Made by a program: the position numbers and the translations under genes. The notes below the pieces were generated by a model. The model worked only from the letters and a program-made list of their open reading frames with translations, did no database searches and had not been told where the DNA came from. A stretch of DNA of 62,450 bases. It comes from an uncultured Woeseiaceae bacterium (GTDB taxonomy: Bacteria > Pseudomonadota > Gammaproteobacteria > Steroidobacterales > Woeseiaceae). Where the stretch lies: NCBI GenBank assembly GCA_964440945.1, contig CAYTTZ010000001.1, positions 1-62,450 on the forward strand, read 5' to 3'. Below, in pieces: positions 30,228-39,421 of this stretch. Numbering within the stretch: the first letter of the stretch is position 1; each line of letters begins with the position of its first letter.

Positions 30228-31229
30228 TCAGAATATTGTCTTACGCCAATTGAGCACGGCCTTTACGAATCGATTGCTGTCCGCAAAGTCGGCGCGCGGT
30301 CGCTTCTCGTAACTGAAGAAAATTCCTTCGGCTTCTCGCATTAAATCATCGAATGACGCGTGCCGTTTCGAATCGTATAGAACCCTGCCGGCCAATGCCC
30401 ATGGGCTACCACTGCTCCAGTACTCACGGAGTTCTTTTTTCGCCGCGACGCAAACCAGGTTCGTGGCTTTCGCTTCGTCAAAGTAAGGGTTTTCTTTTAG
30501 CAAGACGCAGAATCGGTGGCCACCGATATGCGCGATCGACTCCGCGGCCCTGAAATAGGTTCGCAGCAAATCGGCGAAAATATCCTCCGGGGCTCGCCGG
30601 GGCCGCACGTCATCCTGTGGGTTCGCCATTTCACCGATGTCAAACAACAGCAACGACATGCCACTCTGATCCGAAACATGATCGAACAAGCGCGAACCGG
30701 AGACGAATAAGGCGTGCCGATTAGCCAGGTCGGTTTTCGGATCGACATAGCTGATCATCTCGTCCACGACCATGTCCGCCAGGTCCTTCAGCAAACGTTT
30801 GTCGTCATCGCGAAGCTGTCGGGGCACGCGGTCGATAATGCAGAGCGTACCCATTCTGTTTCCGTCCGGCGTGACCAGGGGCGCACCCGCGTAATAGCGA
30901 ATGTGCGGCTGCTCGACAACCAGTGGGTTGTCCCGAAAACGTGGGTCACGCCTGGAGTTACGAACCTCGAAGACGTCGTCCCCGTGTATCGCGTGCGCGC
31001 AGAATGAAAACTCGCGTGGCGTCTCGCTGCCCTCGAAGCCCTCCACCGACTTGAACCACTGACGCTTCTCGTCCACCAGACTTATCACCGCAATGGGCAT
31101 GTCGAAAACGCGGGCGGCGAGACGGGTGAATCGATCAAAACGATCATCGCGCGGCGTGTCGAGTAGGCTCAGGCTCCGTAACGTGGCCAGGCGCTCTTTT
31201 TCATTCTCCGGGAGGTTTGCTTCTTGCAT
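30228..31229 (-). CDS. GAF domain protein with degenerate GGDEF-like C-terminal domain
   Basis: N-terminal NEKERLATLRSLSLLDTPRDDRFDRFTRLAARVF..PIAVISLVD is a typical GAF lead-in. The C-terminal region is collinear with GGDEF (DLANRHALF, LLLFDIGE), but the active site reads IGGHRF instead of GGDEF. Confidence 0.75.
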   Translation of the reverse strand: MQEANLPENEKERLATLRSLSLLDTPRDDRFDRFTRLAARVFDMPIAVISLVDEKRQWFKSVEGFEGSETPREFSFCAHAIHGDDVFEVRNSRRDPRFRDNPLVVEQPHIRYYAGAPLVTPDGNRMGTLCIIDRVPRQLRDDDKRLLKDLADMVVDEMISYVDPKTDLANRHALFVSGSRLFDHVSDQSGMSLLLFDIGEMANPQDDVRPRRAPEDIFADLLRTYFRAAESIAHIGGHRFCVLLKENPYFDEAKATNLVCVAAKKELREYWSSGSPWALAGRVLYDSKRHASFDDLMREAEGIFFSYEKRPRADFADSNRFVKAVLNWRKTIF

Positions 31230-31482
31230 GACTGGGACCCCCTGCTCCTTATTCGCCAGTCTGCCAGTTTAAACCCCGGTTGCGGTTTTTTGCAGTTTTT
31301 CCGCCGAAAAGCCGCTATTTCGGTGATTGAAACCCGCCGAAACCGCAGAAAGTGCGCGCCGCGGCCAATCAGGCTGGCGACCGACAGATGCCTGTGCGGG
31401 TCCGAGGCGATACAAGTCGATACAGACAAGGGGCTCGATTTTGGCCATGATTGGCGTTCGGTACCTCTCTGTGTAAAAGACA

Positions 31483-32643
31483 ATGAAAGATTTAATGGAG
31501 CGCCACGCAGGAGCGCTTCAACTCGCATTCGTGGTGGGCGTGGTCGGACTGGCGCTGTTAATGTCGCTCAGCCTTCGGCCGGACTCGTCCGGCCCGTCCG
31601 CGGCGGCGCGTTCCAACGTCCCGGTAGTGACAGTTGTTACGCCTGTAGCAACGCCATTTACCCCGGTTATCGAGCTCAACGGTGTTGTACAGCCGCGAAC
31701 CGTGACACGCATCATTCCGCAGGTTTCAGGGCGCGTCGTCAGAGTAGGCGCGCAGTTTCGTCCCGGCGGCAGTGCTTCCAAAGGCGACGTGCTGTTCATT
31801 ATCGACCCATCCGACTACAGGCTCGCCGTCGAGCGCACGCTCGCGGAAATAGCGGTCGCCCGCAGTGACCTCGCGCGACTCGAGGCCGAAGCCGCCGCCG
31901 AACGCGAAATCTGGCAAGGCCAGTTTCCGGAGCGGGTGATACCGGACCTGATTGCCCGAGTGCCGCAGATCGCTGCCGCCGAGGCACGCATCCAGAGCGG
32001 CGAAGCCGCTCGGCAGACCGCGGAGCTATTGCTCAGCCGTACCACCGTGCGTGCGCCGTTCGACGCCAGAATCGTGAACACACAACTTGACGTTGGCCAG
32101 GTCGTGTCCGGTAACGCTGAAGTCGGATCGATGTTCTCCATCGACAGTCTGGAGATCGCGGTACCGGTGTCCTCTGAGCAGCGCCGGCTGATCGGGCCGG
32201 TCAGCGGCCAGGAGATCTCTATCATCGCACCGACTTCCGAAGGACGTATTGTCACAGGCAAACTCGCCCGCGCTGCCGCAGCGCTGGATGAGCGCACGCG
32301 CCTGGGGACGCTGTATGTCACAACGGATAGTCCGCAACTGCTGACAGCCGGCGAATTTGTCACCGTAAGGATCAACGGCGAGAATATGCCCGATTCGTAT
32401 CGGGTACCGGCCACCGCGTTAACCTCCCGCGACCGACTCTGGGTCGTCGAGGACGGCCAGCTGGCCGGGCGCACCGTCGATGTTCTCGGGCGCGAGGCAG
32501 AAATGGCCGTTGTCCGAATATTCGATGATGCCAGCGGCATCGTTGCAATCCCGCCAGCCACCGCGCGTGATGGTCTTGCGGTGAGTATCCGCGGCACCGA
32601 CGGACTCGCCTCCACGGGCAACGGCGCGAAGCGCACAGACTGA
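31483..32643 (+). CDS. RND efflux periplasmic adaptor (HlyD/MFP family)
   Basis: N-terminal anchor. Blocks V.PRTVTRIIPQVSGRVV, GDVLFIIDPSDYRLAVE, a coiled-coil stretch, and TTVRAPFDARIV. Directly upstream of the RND pump. Confidence 0.85.
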   Translation: MKDLMERHAGALQLAFVVGVVGLALLMSLSLRPDSSGPSAAARSNVPVVTVVTPVATPFTPVIELNGVVQPRTVTRIIPQVSGRVVRVGAQFRPGGSASKGDVLFIIDPSDYRLAVERTLAEIAVARSDLARLEAEAAAEREIWQGQFPERVIPDLIARVPQIAAAEARIQSGEAARQTAELLLSRTTVRAPFDARIVNTQLDVGQVVSGNAEVGSMFSIDSLEIAVPVSSEQRRLIGPVSGQEISIIAPTSEGRIVTGKLARAAAALDERTRLGTLYVTTDSPQLLTAGEFVTVRINGENMPDSYRVPATALTSRDRLWVVEDGQLAGRTVDVLGREAEMAVVRIFDDASGIVAIPPATARDGLAVSIRGTDGLASTGNGAKRTD

Positions 32644-32650
32644 ACCCGCC

Positions 32651-35600
32651 ATGACCGGACCTAATCGCAACTCGAACCGCGGCATCGTCATGAGGTTCAT
32701 CAGGAACCCTGTGGCTGCCAACCTGCTGATGGTCGTGCTGCTGGTTGGCGGTGCCGTATCCGCATCTCGACTGCAGTCCCAGGTGTTTCCGACCATCTCG
32801 CCGAGAACCGTGACGGTGACCGTGCCCTTTCCCGGTGCAACACCGGCAGAGGTCGAGGAAGGCATCACGCGTCGCGTCGAAGAGGCGGTTCTCGGCATTG
32901 ACGGCGTCAAGCGCGTCAATTCTACGGCGTCCGAGAACGTTGGCGTTGTTGTCATCGAGACGAACGACTTCGCCGACCGCCAGCTCGTAAAAGACGATGT
33001 TGAGTCGGCCGTGGATCGACTCAGCGATTTTCCGCCTGAAAACGCTGAAAAACCGATCGTCGTCGCCGCAAAACCGACCAGCGGGGTCGTTACGCTGGCA
33101 GTGGTCGGTGATGTCGGCGAGCTGGCGCTGCGGCGCGCCGCCGAGGAAATAGAACGCGATCTGCTTACGCAGCCTGGCGTATCGCTGGTTTCCCTGAGCG
33201 GCGATCGCGACTACGAGATATCGATCGAAGTCAGTGAGTCCACACTCCGGCAGTACGACCTCACTTTTGGCGATGTTGCTAGTGCCGTGCGTGGCTCTTC
33301 GCTGGACCTGGCTGGCGGCTCTATCGTTTCGGACTCCGGTGAAATCCTTCTGCGTACGAACAAGAAACGCCAGACCGGAGAGGCCTTCGAGTCAGTCGTC
33401 GTGCGCACACTCCCCGATGGCTCGGTGATCACGCTGGCAGATGTTGCTGAGGTCCGTGACGGCTTTGTGCGCGAGCAGCTCGTCAACCTCTACAACGGCC
33501 GCCCGGCCGTGTTTGTCGACGTGGGGCGCGCAGAGGCGGAAGACGTCCTGAAGGTTAAGGAAGCGGTCGACGCCCTGCTAGCCGACTATACGCCGCCGGC
33601 GGGCGTGGAGCTGGTCGAGTTTCGCGACGAAACCACCTTGCTTCGCGAACGCGTCAACCTGCTCCTGCGAAACGGTCTATTCGGTTTCGCCCTGGTGTTT
33701 ACGTTTCTCGTATTGATGCTGGATCTCAAGCTGGCCGTCTGGGTATGTTCCGGCATCGCGACGGCATTCATGGGCGGGTTCCTGCTGTTCGGGGCGCTTG
33801 GCGTAACGATCACCATGATCTCCCTGTTTGGCCTGATCATCGTGCTGGGCCTGGTCGTTGACGACGCAATCGTTATCGGCGAGAACATTGACTCGGAACG
33901 CGAGCACGGCTGGAGCGGCGACATAGCCGCCAAACGCGGTGCCCATGGGGTTATGGCGCCGGTGATCGTCGGCGTCCTGACTTCCATCGCCGCTTTCGCA
34001 CCACTGCTGGTCACGGGAGGCACATTCGGCGACATTACGCGCGCCATTCCGCTCGTGGTTATCAGCGTACTGCTGATGTCGATGCTGGAAGCATTCTGCA
34101 TCCTGCCCGCACACCTCAGTCACGGCGGGCCCTGGTCAAGAGGAATAATCGCGGACATTCAGGCGCGGATCGCGAAGTTTGTGGCGCACGTGCGTGACAA
34201 CATCGTCGAGCCGGGGGTCGCATTTGCTGCGCGCTGGCGGTATGCAACCGTTGCCATCGCCGTCGCATTCTTCATCCTCTGCCTCAGCCTTGTACAAAAC
34301 GGTCAGGTCCGCTTCATCTTCTTTCCGCAGATCGAAGGCAACAACATTTCTGCGTCGGTAACCATGCCGGAAGGCACGCCGTTCGAACGCACCGACGCGG
34401 CCGTGCGCCTCATCACTGCCGCCACTACCGAAGTCGCCAATGCTGTCAAAGAAGAAACGGGCGAGGAACTGTTCGTCTCTGTGACATCGACCAGCGGCGG
34501 CAATGCGGCTGCCGGTGTCGGGCCGGGCACAGAGTCAGGATTTGCCGCATCCGAGAACATCGGCCAGGTTCGTATTGAACTGACCGCATTTGGAAAACGG
34601 CGTATGCCGGCCGCGGAAATCGAGCGGCGCTGGCGGGCGGCGGTAGGCGAGATCGAGGGTGCGGAGCGTGTGATCTTCGCCGCGAGTGCCACGCGCTTCG
34701 GTGACGACGTAGAGTTCGAGCTTGCGCACGAGAATGAAGATCAGCTGATAGCCGCCGCGGAAAGGCTGAAAGAACGACTCAGCCGTATCGATGGCGTCAA
34801 TGAAATCGAAGACAGTTTCGAACTTGGCAAGCGTCAGCTGGTATTTGAGCTGACACCGGAAGGCGTCGCGGCGGGCCTGCGTCCGGCTGACGTCGCGGTG
34901 CAGGTGCGCCAGGGTTTCTTCGGCGAGGAAGTGCAACGCATCCAGCGCGGCCGCGAGGAAATCCGTGTGTATGTTCGCTATCCGGTCGCAGCGCGGGCCA
35001 GTCTTGAGTCGCTCAACGATTTTCGCGTGCGACTGCCCAACGGCGATCGTGCGCCATTGCTGACGGTCGCGCGCGTCGAAGAGAGCCGTGCTTATTCGTC
35101 AATAAACCGGATCGATGGTCGGCGTGTGGTCACGGTCAGCGCCAATGTCGATGAAGCGTCCTCGACACCCAATATCGCCAACGCCGTGGTACTGGATTCC
35201 GTCATGCCGCAGCTGGTAGCCGACTTTCCCGGGCTGCGATGGGTGCAAGCCGGATCTACGCGTGAGCAAAATGAAGACCTTGCCGATATCGGTAGCGCTT
35301 TCGTCATCGTACTGTTGATTATTTACGCAATGATCGCGACACAGCTACGTTCGTATCTGCAGCCGCTGGCTATCCTGATCTCTATTCCGCTGGGCGTCGC
35401 CGGCGCGATCCTGGGGCACCTCGTGTTGGGCTTCCCGCTTTCGTTTATCTCGATATTCGGCATCGTCGCACTGGCGGGCGTCGCGGTGAACGCGTCGGTC
35501 GTACTGGTGGACCTTTACAACCGTCGCCGGAGGGAGGGGCTCGAACCGATCGAGGCCGCCGCGGCCGCCGCGGCAAGGCGCTTCCGCCCGATCGTACTGA

Positions 35601-35851
35601 CGACGCTCACGACCGCCATGGGCCTTGCTCCACTGTTGTTCGAGAAGAGCCCGCAGGCACAGTTTCTTATCCCCATGGGAGTCAGCCTCGGATTCGGCAT
35701 CCTGGTATCGGGCTTCATGGTGCTGTTCGTCACACCGTCAATCGCCGTGATAATCGAAGATCTGCGCGGCTTGACGCTGGGGTCCAGTCCCACGGTCGAT
35801 GATCCCGGGCCCGTCGATACTTCCGAACCCGTCGCCACTTCCAGCACCTGA
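32651..35851 (+). CDS. RND efflux permease (AcrB/CzcA superfamily)
   Basis: About 1050 aa with 12-TM topology and two large periplasmic loops. Blocks FIRNPVAANLLM, GLVVDDAIVIGENI, GIVALAGVAVNASVVLVD. The start may be the internal MRFIRNP at 32690. Confidence 0.9.
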   Translation: MTGPNRNSNRGIVMRFIRNPVAANLLMVVLLVGGAVSASRLQSQVFPTISPRTVTVTVPFPGATPAEVEEGITRRVEEAVLGIDGVKRVNSTASENVGVVVIETNDFADRQLVKDDVESAVDRLSDFPPENAEKPIVVAAKPTSGVVTLAVVGDVGELALRRAAEEIERDLLTQPGVSLVSLSGDRDYEISIEVSESTLRQYDLTFGDVASAVRGSSLDLAGGSIVSDSGEILLRTNKKRQTGEAFESVVVRTLPDGSVITLADVAEVRDGFVREQLVNLYNGRPAVFVDVGRAEAEDVLKVKEAVDALLADYTPPAGVELVEFRDETTLLRERVNLLLRNGLFGFALVFTFLVLMLDLKLAVWVCSGIATAFMGGFLLFGALGVTITMISLFGLIIVLGLVVDDAIVIGENIDSEREHGWSGDIAAKRGAHGVMAPVIVGVLTSIAAFAPLLVTGGTFGDITRAIPLVVISVLLMSMLEAFCILPAHLSHGGPWSRGIIADIQARIAKFVAHVRDNIVEPGVAFAARWRYATVAIAVAFFILCLSLVQNGQVRFIFFPQIEGNNISASVTMPEGTPFERTDAAVRLITAATTEVANAVKEETGEELFVSVTSTSGGNAAAGVGPGTESGFAASENIGQVRIELTAFGKRRMPAAEIERRWRAAVGEIEGAERVIFAASATRFGDDVEFELAHENEDQLIAAAERLKERLSRIDGVNEIEDSFELGKRQLVFELTPEGVAAGLRPADVAVQVRQGFFGEEVQRIQRGREEIRVYVRYPVAARASLESLNDFRVRLPNGDRAPLLTVARVEESRAYSSINRIDGRRVVTVSANVDEASSTPNIANAVVLDSVMPQLVADFPGLRWVQAGSTREQNEDLADIGSAFVIVLLIIYAMIATQLRSYLQPLAILISIPLGVAGAILGHLVLGFPLSFISIFGIVALAGVAVNASVVLVDLYNRRRREGLEPIEAAAAAAARRFRPIVLTTLTTAMGLAPLLFEKSPQAQFLIPMGVSLGFGILVSGFMVLFVTPSIAVIIEDLRGLTLGSSPTVDDPGPVDTSEPVATSST

Positions 35852-35969
35852 AACGCCGTCGCCTTGAGCAAAGCCGGTCGTTTCCAGCAAGGACGACCAT
35901 CGGGCGTATCTCGGGAACGCCGCCTTGCTCCGCCAATCTGTAAGACTAGCCGTGAGCGGCCAGCTTGTT

Positions 35970-36842
35970 TTACCTTTGCGCCAGTTCGCTGGCGATGGCG
36001 CCAGCAATTTCGTCTGTCAGCACCAGGGTTTCTTCTGAATTAGCCTGGCCAACGGCCGCAATGCGGGCCCGCAGAATCACGTTGCGGCGAATATCATTCC
36101 AGGAGTCGGAGTCCATCGCTTGTGACAACACTCGATCGTCGGGGTAGACAACGTCCGCGCCGAATTGCCGGGTCAGAATCTCGCCTGCCCGGCTCAATGC
36201 AGTGATGTACTCGGCCCTGGAAATTCGTACCGTTATGCCAGCGCGAACGAGGAAAGCGTTGTAGATATCGTCAACGAACATGGCATTGTTCTTGTCGGTA
36301 ATTCGCTCAACCAGTTCCATTCGCGTGAAATAACGAATCAGGCTGTCGCGCAGGTCTGAGTTTTCGATTAGCTGCAGCTGTCCACTATCGACCATTTCAT
36401 TGTACGTTGCGCTGGTCAGGCTCAGCGTCTTCCGCGTACCCAGGGACCCAAGGAGCGTGCCGATCTCCTCCTTGTTCTCCCGTGGATCGGCTGCGGAGAG
36501 AGCCGCGTAGGCCCGGGCACTTGTATCGACGATGCCTTGCTCGAATACCAGCTGGTCGTCCAGTCGCTGACTGATCTCGTCGAGGTCGCGGGACAGGAGC
36601 TGCAGCTAGAGGGTTTCCGTACGGCGATCGCGAGCATCGCTGACCCGCTCGTCGATGGCCAGCGCGATAAGAACGCCCGCCACGACAAGAATCAGCTCGG
36701 CCACGAAGAAAAGCAGTCTTCGATTCAACAGGCTGCTCGTTAACCGGCTGGTCAGGGTCATCTGATTCGCGTCATTGTGCATTTCGCTATCTGTCATCGG
36801 GCGCCATCCGGGATTTGGTCCGTCTTGGTTCTTGCCCCTCAC
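35970..36842 (-). pseudogene. membrane-anchored helical protein (DUF6090-like) interrupted by a single in-frame TAG
   Basis: ORFs 36606..36842 and 35970..36395 share one frame. I hand-translated 36396..36605 and found it open (LQLLSRDLDEISQRLDDQLVFEQGIVDTSARAYAALSAADPRENKEEIGTLLGSLGTRKTLSLTSATYNE). The only stop is TAG at 36606..36608. Confidence 0.6.
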
Positions 36843-36905
36843 GAAGCTTGTGCGGCAAGAGGCGGGTTGCCACCGCCATATTTAAGGGCAACGGCCGACG
36901 GCACA

Positions 36906-38231
36906 TCACCGCGTCAGGTCCACCGTTGCCACTTTTTCGGTCGCAAGACTCGCTGGTGTCTTGTCCTCGCGATTCTTGAGAAACGGTATTACGCAGAGCG
37001 CCAGCACGACGAGTGCCGAATCCACGTACAACGCGGTCTGATAATTCATTCGTTCCGCGACCATCCCCTGCCAGTAGTTGCCAACGCTAATAGCAACATT
37101 CGAAAAGGCCATGTACGCCGTGAACTGTGTCGCCGCCACCGCAGGGTTCGTCATACCCATGAAAATGGCGATTCGTACAGCGTACGCCATCCCGAACAGA
37201 AGGGCGTGTCCCAGAATTGTCGCGCAGAGAAGCAACAGCGACACATTGGTCAAGCCAACCGCCGCGATCTGGCTAGCCAGCAACAGGGTCGGAACAATAG
37301 TCAAAAGATAGAAAGTCGCGGTCACTCTCTTGATTCCAAACCGGTCACCGAGCATGCCACCGATCACGCAGCCAAATCCGGCGGTGAGAGACGCCGCTAC
37401 GGAAAGTTGCGATATTTGCGTCTCTGTCAGTCCATAGTCCACCTGGATAGTGCCCAGCATCGCATAGGCAAGCGCCATGGCGCCGACCGGCAGCAGCGCG
37501 AACAGCAGGCCAAACTTCGGCCCGGAACCGGACTCTGCAAAGCCAGTGTACAAGTCGCGCACGAATGCTCCGAGCGTGCTGACGAAATGAGAAAACTTTC
37601 CAACGTGCGCCGGCGTTGCGTCCTCGACCTGCGCGTCATCGTCGCGGATAAAGAGCAGTACGAAAGCCAGGCTGATCAGCATCAGGGTGCTTACGTAGAT
37701 CAACGATGCGTTAAAGCCCCAGAATCCGGAGACAAACAGCGCTCCTCCACCGCCCAGTCCAATCCCGAGGTACTGACCACCAAACATGAAACCATTGCCG
37801 GTTGCTCGCTCATCGTGTCGCAGCGTGCTGACGGCCAGCGAATCAATGGCCACATCCTGAGTCGCGCAGAAGAAATTATTGAGCACGATCATCCATAAGA
37901 GAAACTGGAAGTCGGCAACAAAATCCGCAAACGCGACGAAGAGCAGGGTAATGATCATCATGCTGGTGCAAAAAGTGATCCATGCCTTGCGACCACCGAA
38001 TCGTCTTAGCTTGATGATATCGATCATGGGTGCCCACACCCATTTGAACGACCAGGGAATAAACATCGCAGCAACGAAGGCACCGATCTGCTCGAGCGAC
38101 AGGCCTTCGATACGCATGAACGCAACCATTGCCGTCGACGAGAATCCGTAGGGGATGCCCTCGGAGATATAGAGAATGCCAAAAGTCGTCAGGCGACCAC
38201 GGCGTGTATGAAGCACGTTTCGGGATAGCAT
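36906..38231 (-). CDS. ampG: MFS transporter, AmpG/PAT family (muropeptide permease-like)
   Basis: The block FGILYISEGIPYGF...FIPWSFKWVWAPMID....FGGRKAWI parallels E. coli AmpG (LGFASGLPLAL...YVFKFLWSPLMDRY..FGRRRGWL). 12-14 TM helices. Confidence 0.7.
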   Translation of the reverse strand: MLSRNVLHTRRGRLTTFGILYISEGIPYGFSSTAMVAFMRIEGLSLEQIGAFVAAMFIPWSFKWVWAPMIDIIKLRRFGGRKAWITFCTSMMIITLLFVAFADFVADFQFLLWMIVLNNFFCATQDVAIDSLAVSTLRHDERATGNGFMFGGQYLGIGLGGGGALFVSGFWGFNASLIYVSTLMLISLAFVLLFIRDDDAQVEDATPAHVGKFSHFVSTLGAFVRDLYTGFAESGSGPKFGLLFALLPVGAMALAYAMLGTIQVDYGLTETQISQLSVAASLTAGFGCVIGGMLGDRFGIKRVTATFYLLTIVPTLLLASQIAAVGLTNVSLLLLCATILGHALLFGMAYAVRIAIFMGMTNPAVAATQFTAYMAFSNVAISVGNYWQGMVAERMNYQTALYVDSALVVLALCVIPFLKNREDKTPASLATEKVATVDLTR

Positions 38232-38315
38232 CGTGGTCTCGTTACGGTCGGTCCGACTTTCTTAATTGTAGTTATGGCGGCCAGTTTCAGGCCGTTTGCG
38301 CTCAACGCAACTGCT

Positions 38316-39293
38316 TTACTGCCCGCGCGCTCGTTGCAGCGCCGTCGCTGCTTTCAGCATTTCAATGAGTTCTTCATCACTGTAGGAGTACTCCTGGTCG
38401 GCGTTAAGCTCGGCGGTTTCCTCGATCATCCTGCCAATAGTCCAGCCCGCCTCCTGCTCATTGGGAACTACCAGGTAGTTGGGTTTTGGTGCGTCAGCGA
38501 ACAACGCGTCCATGACCGCGGCGGTGACCTCGTCCGGCTCCTTGTACATGCTGCGGTCCGACAGGTATTTGATATGCCCCACCATTGCCTCGGCGTAGGG
38601 CGAGCCGGGCTGTGCGTAGGGCTTTTCCGCCATAACAATGGCTTCCTTGGTGCCAATCCTGGAGCGGTAGTTGCCGGGATTGATAGCGCTCACCTGCACA
38701 TCGAAAAGAGCCATCTCTTCCGCGAGTGCGTCGGTGTACGCCTCGAGCGCATGCTTGCTCATGCCGTACGGTCCCCAGAACATGCCTGACAACACGCCGG
38801 ATATGGAGCTGATGTTACTGATGCGCCCTTTGGACTCGATAATCAGCGGAGCGAACGCCTTGGTCACTCGAAACACACCAACAACGTTCACGTTGAGAAT
38901 CCAGTTCAACTCGTCTTCCTCAATCTCGGTCAAGGGGCCAGCCACGACAATTCCGGCGTTGTTGACGAGTCCGTAGAGCCCCTTTCCGCCGGCGCGCACG
39001 GTTTCTACGGCGGCATCTATTTCTTCCTGCCTGGTGACGTCCAGGCGTACTGACTGAATATTCGGAATCTTGTTAAGCCTGTCGAGGTCGGCCTGCTTGC
39101 GTGCACCTGCGTAGACGAAGTAGCCCTTCGCAGCGAGTGTCTCGGCAATATTCAGGCCGATGCCGGAGCTCGCACCGGTTACGAGAATGGCCTTTTGCGC
39201 GCCATCGTCCATCGATTCGGCGAAACTGCTCTGCGGAGTGCTGAGAAGCGCAAGCGCAATAACGGCTAGTACTGTCAAAATTCGCTGAATCAT
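38316..39293 (-). CDS. secreted SDR-family oxidoreductase
   Basis: Signal peptide, Rossmann motif TGASSGIG, NNAG, and the catalytic region YGMSK. Confidence 0.85.
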   Translation of the reverse strand: MIQRILTVLAVIALALLSTPQSSFAESMDDGAQKAILVTGASSGIGLNIAETLAAKGYFVYAGARKQADLDRLNKIPNIQSVRLDVTRQEEIDAAVETVRAGGKGLYGLVNNAGIVVAGPLTEIEEDELNWILNVNVVGVFRVTKAFAPLIIESKGRISNISSISGVLSGMFWGPYGMSKHALEAYTDALAEEMALFDVQVSAINPGNYRSRIGTKEAIVMAEKPYAQPGSPYAEAMVGHIKYLSDRSMYKEPDEVTAAVMDALFADAPKPNYLVVPNEQEAGWTIGRMIEETAELNADQEYSYSDEELIEMLKAATALQRARGQ

Positions 39294-39421
39294 CGTCGGT
39301 TTCCTTGTTGTTAATCGATCGCGGCGGAGTAACGTAGCTCCGCAACAGTATGCGTGGTCTCAGGTAGCTGGTCCATCGTGAAATGACAACATGCTATCTT
39401 CGGCCCTGGAGGATCGTACCC

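Noticed and set aside
36777-37898. Long ORFs antisense to confident genes. Examples: 36777..37898 (+) over the MFS gene, 15575..16447 (+) over deaD, 31815..32636 (-) over the MFP gene, 43754..44383 (-) over ybiT, 60010..60600 (-) over fadH.
   Set aside because: Their composition is rich in Arg, Ala, Ser and Pro, as expected for shadow frames of GC-rich coding DNA. None carries a family motif, and each is fully contained in a gene with strong homology on the opposite strand.
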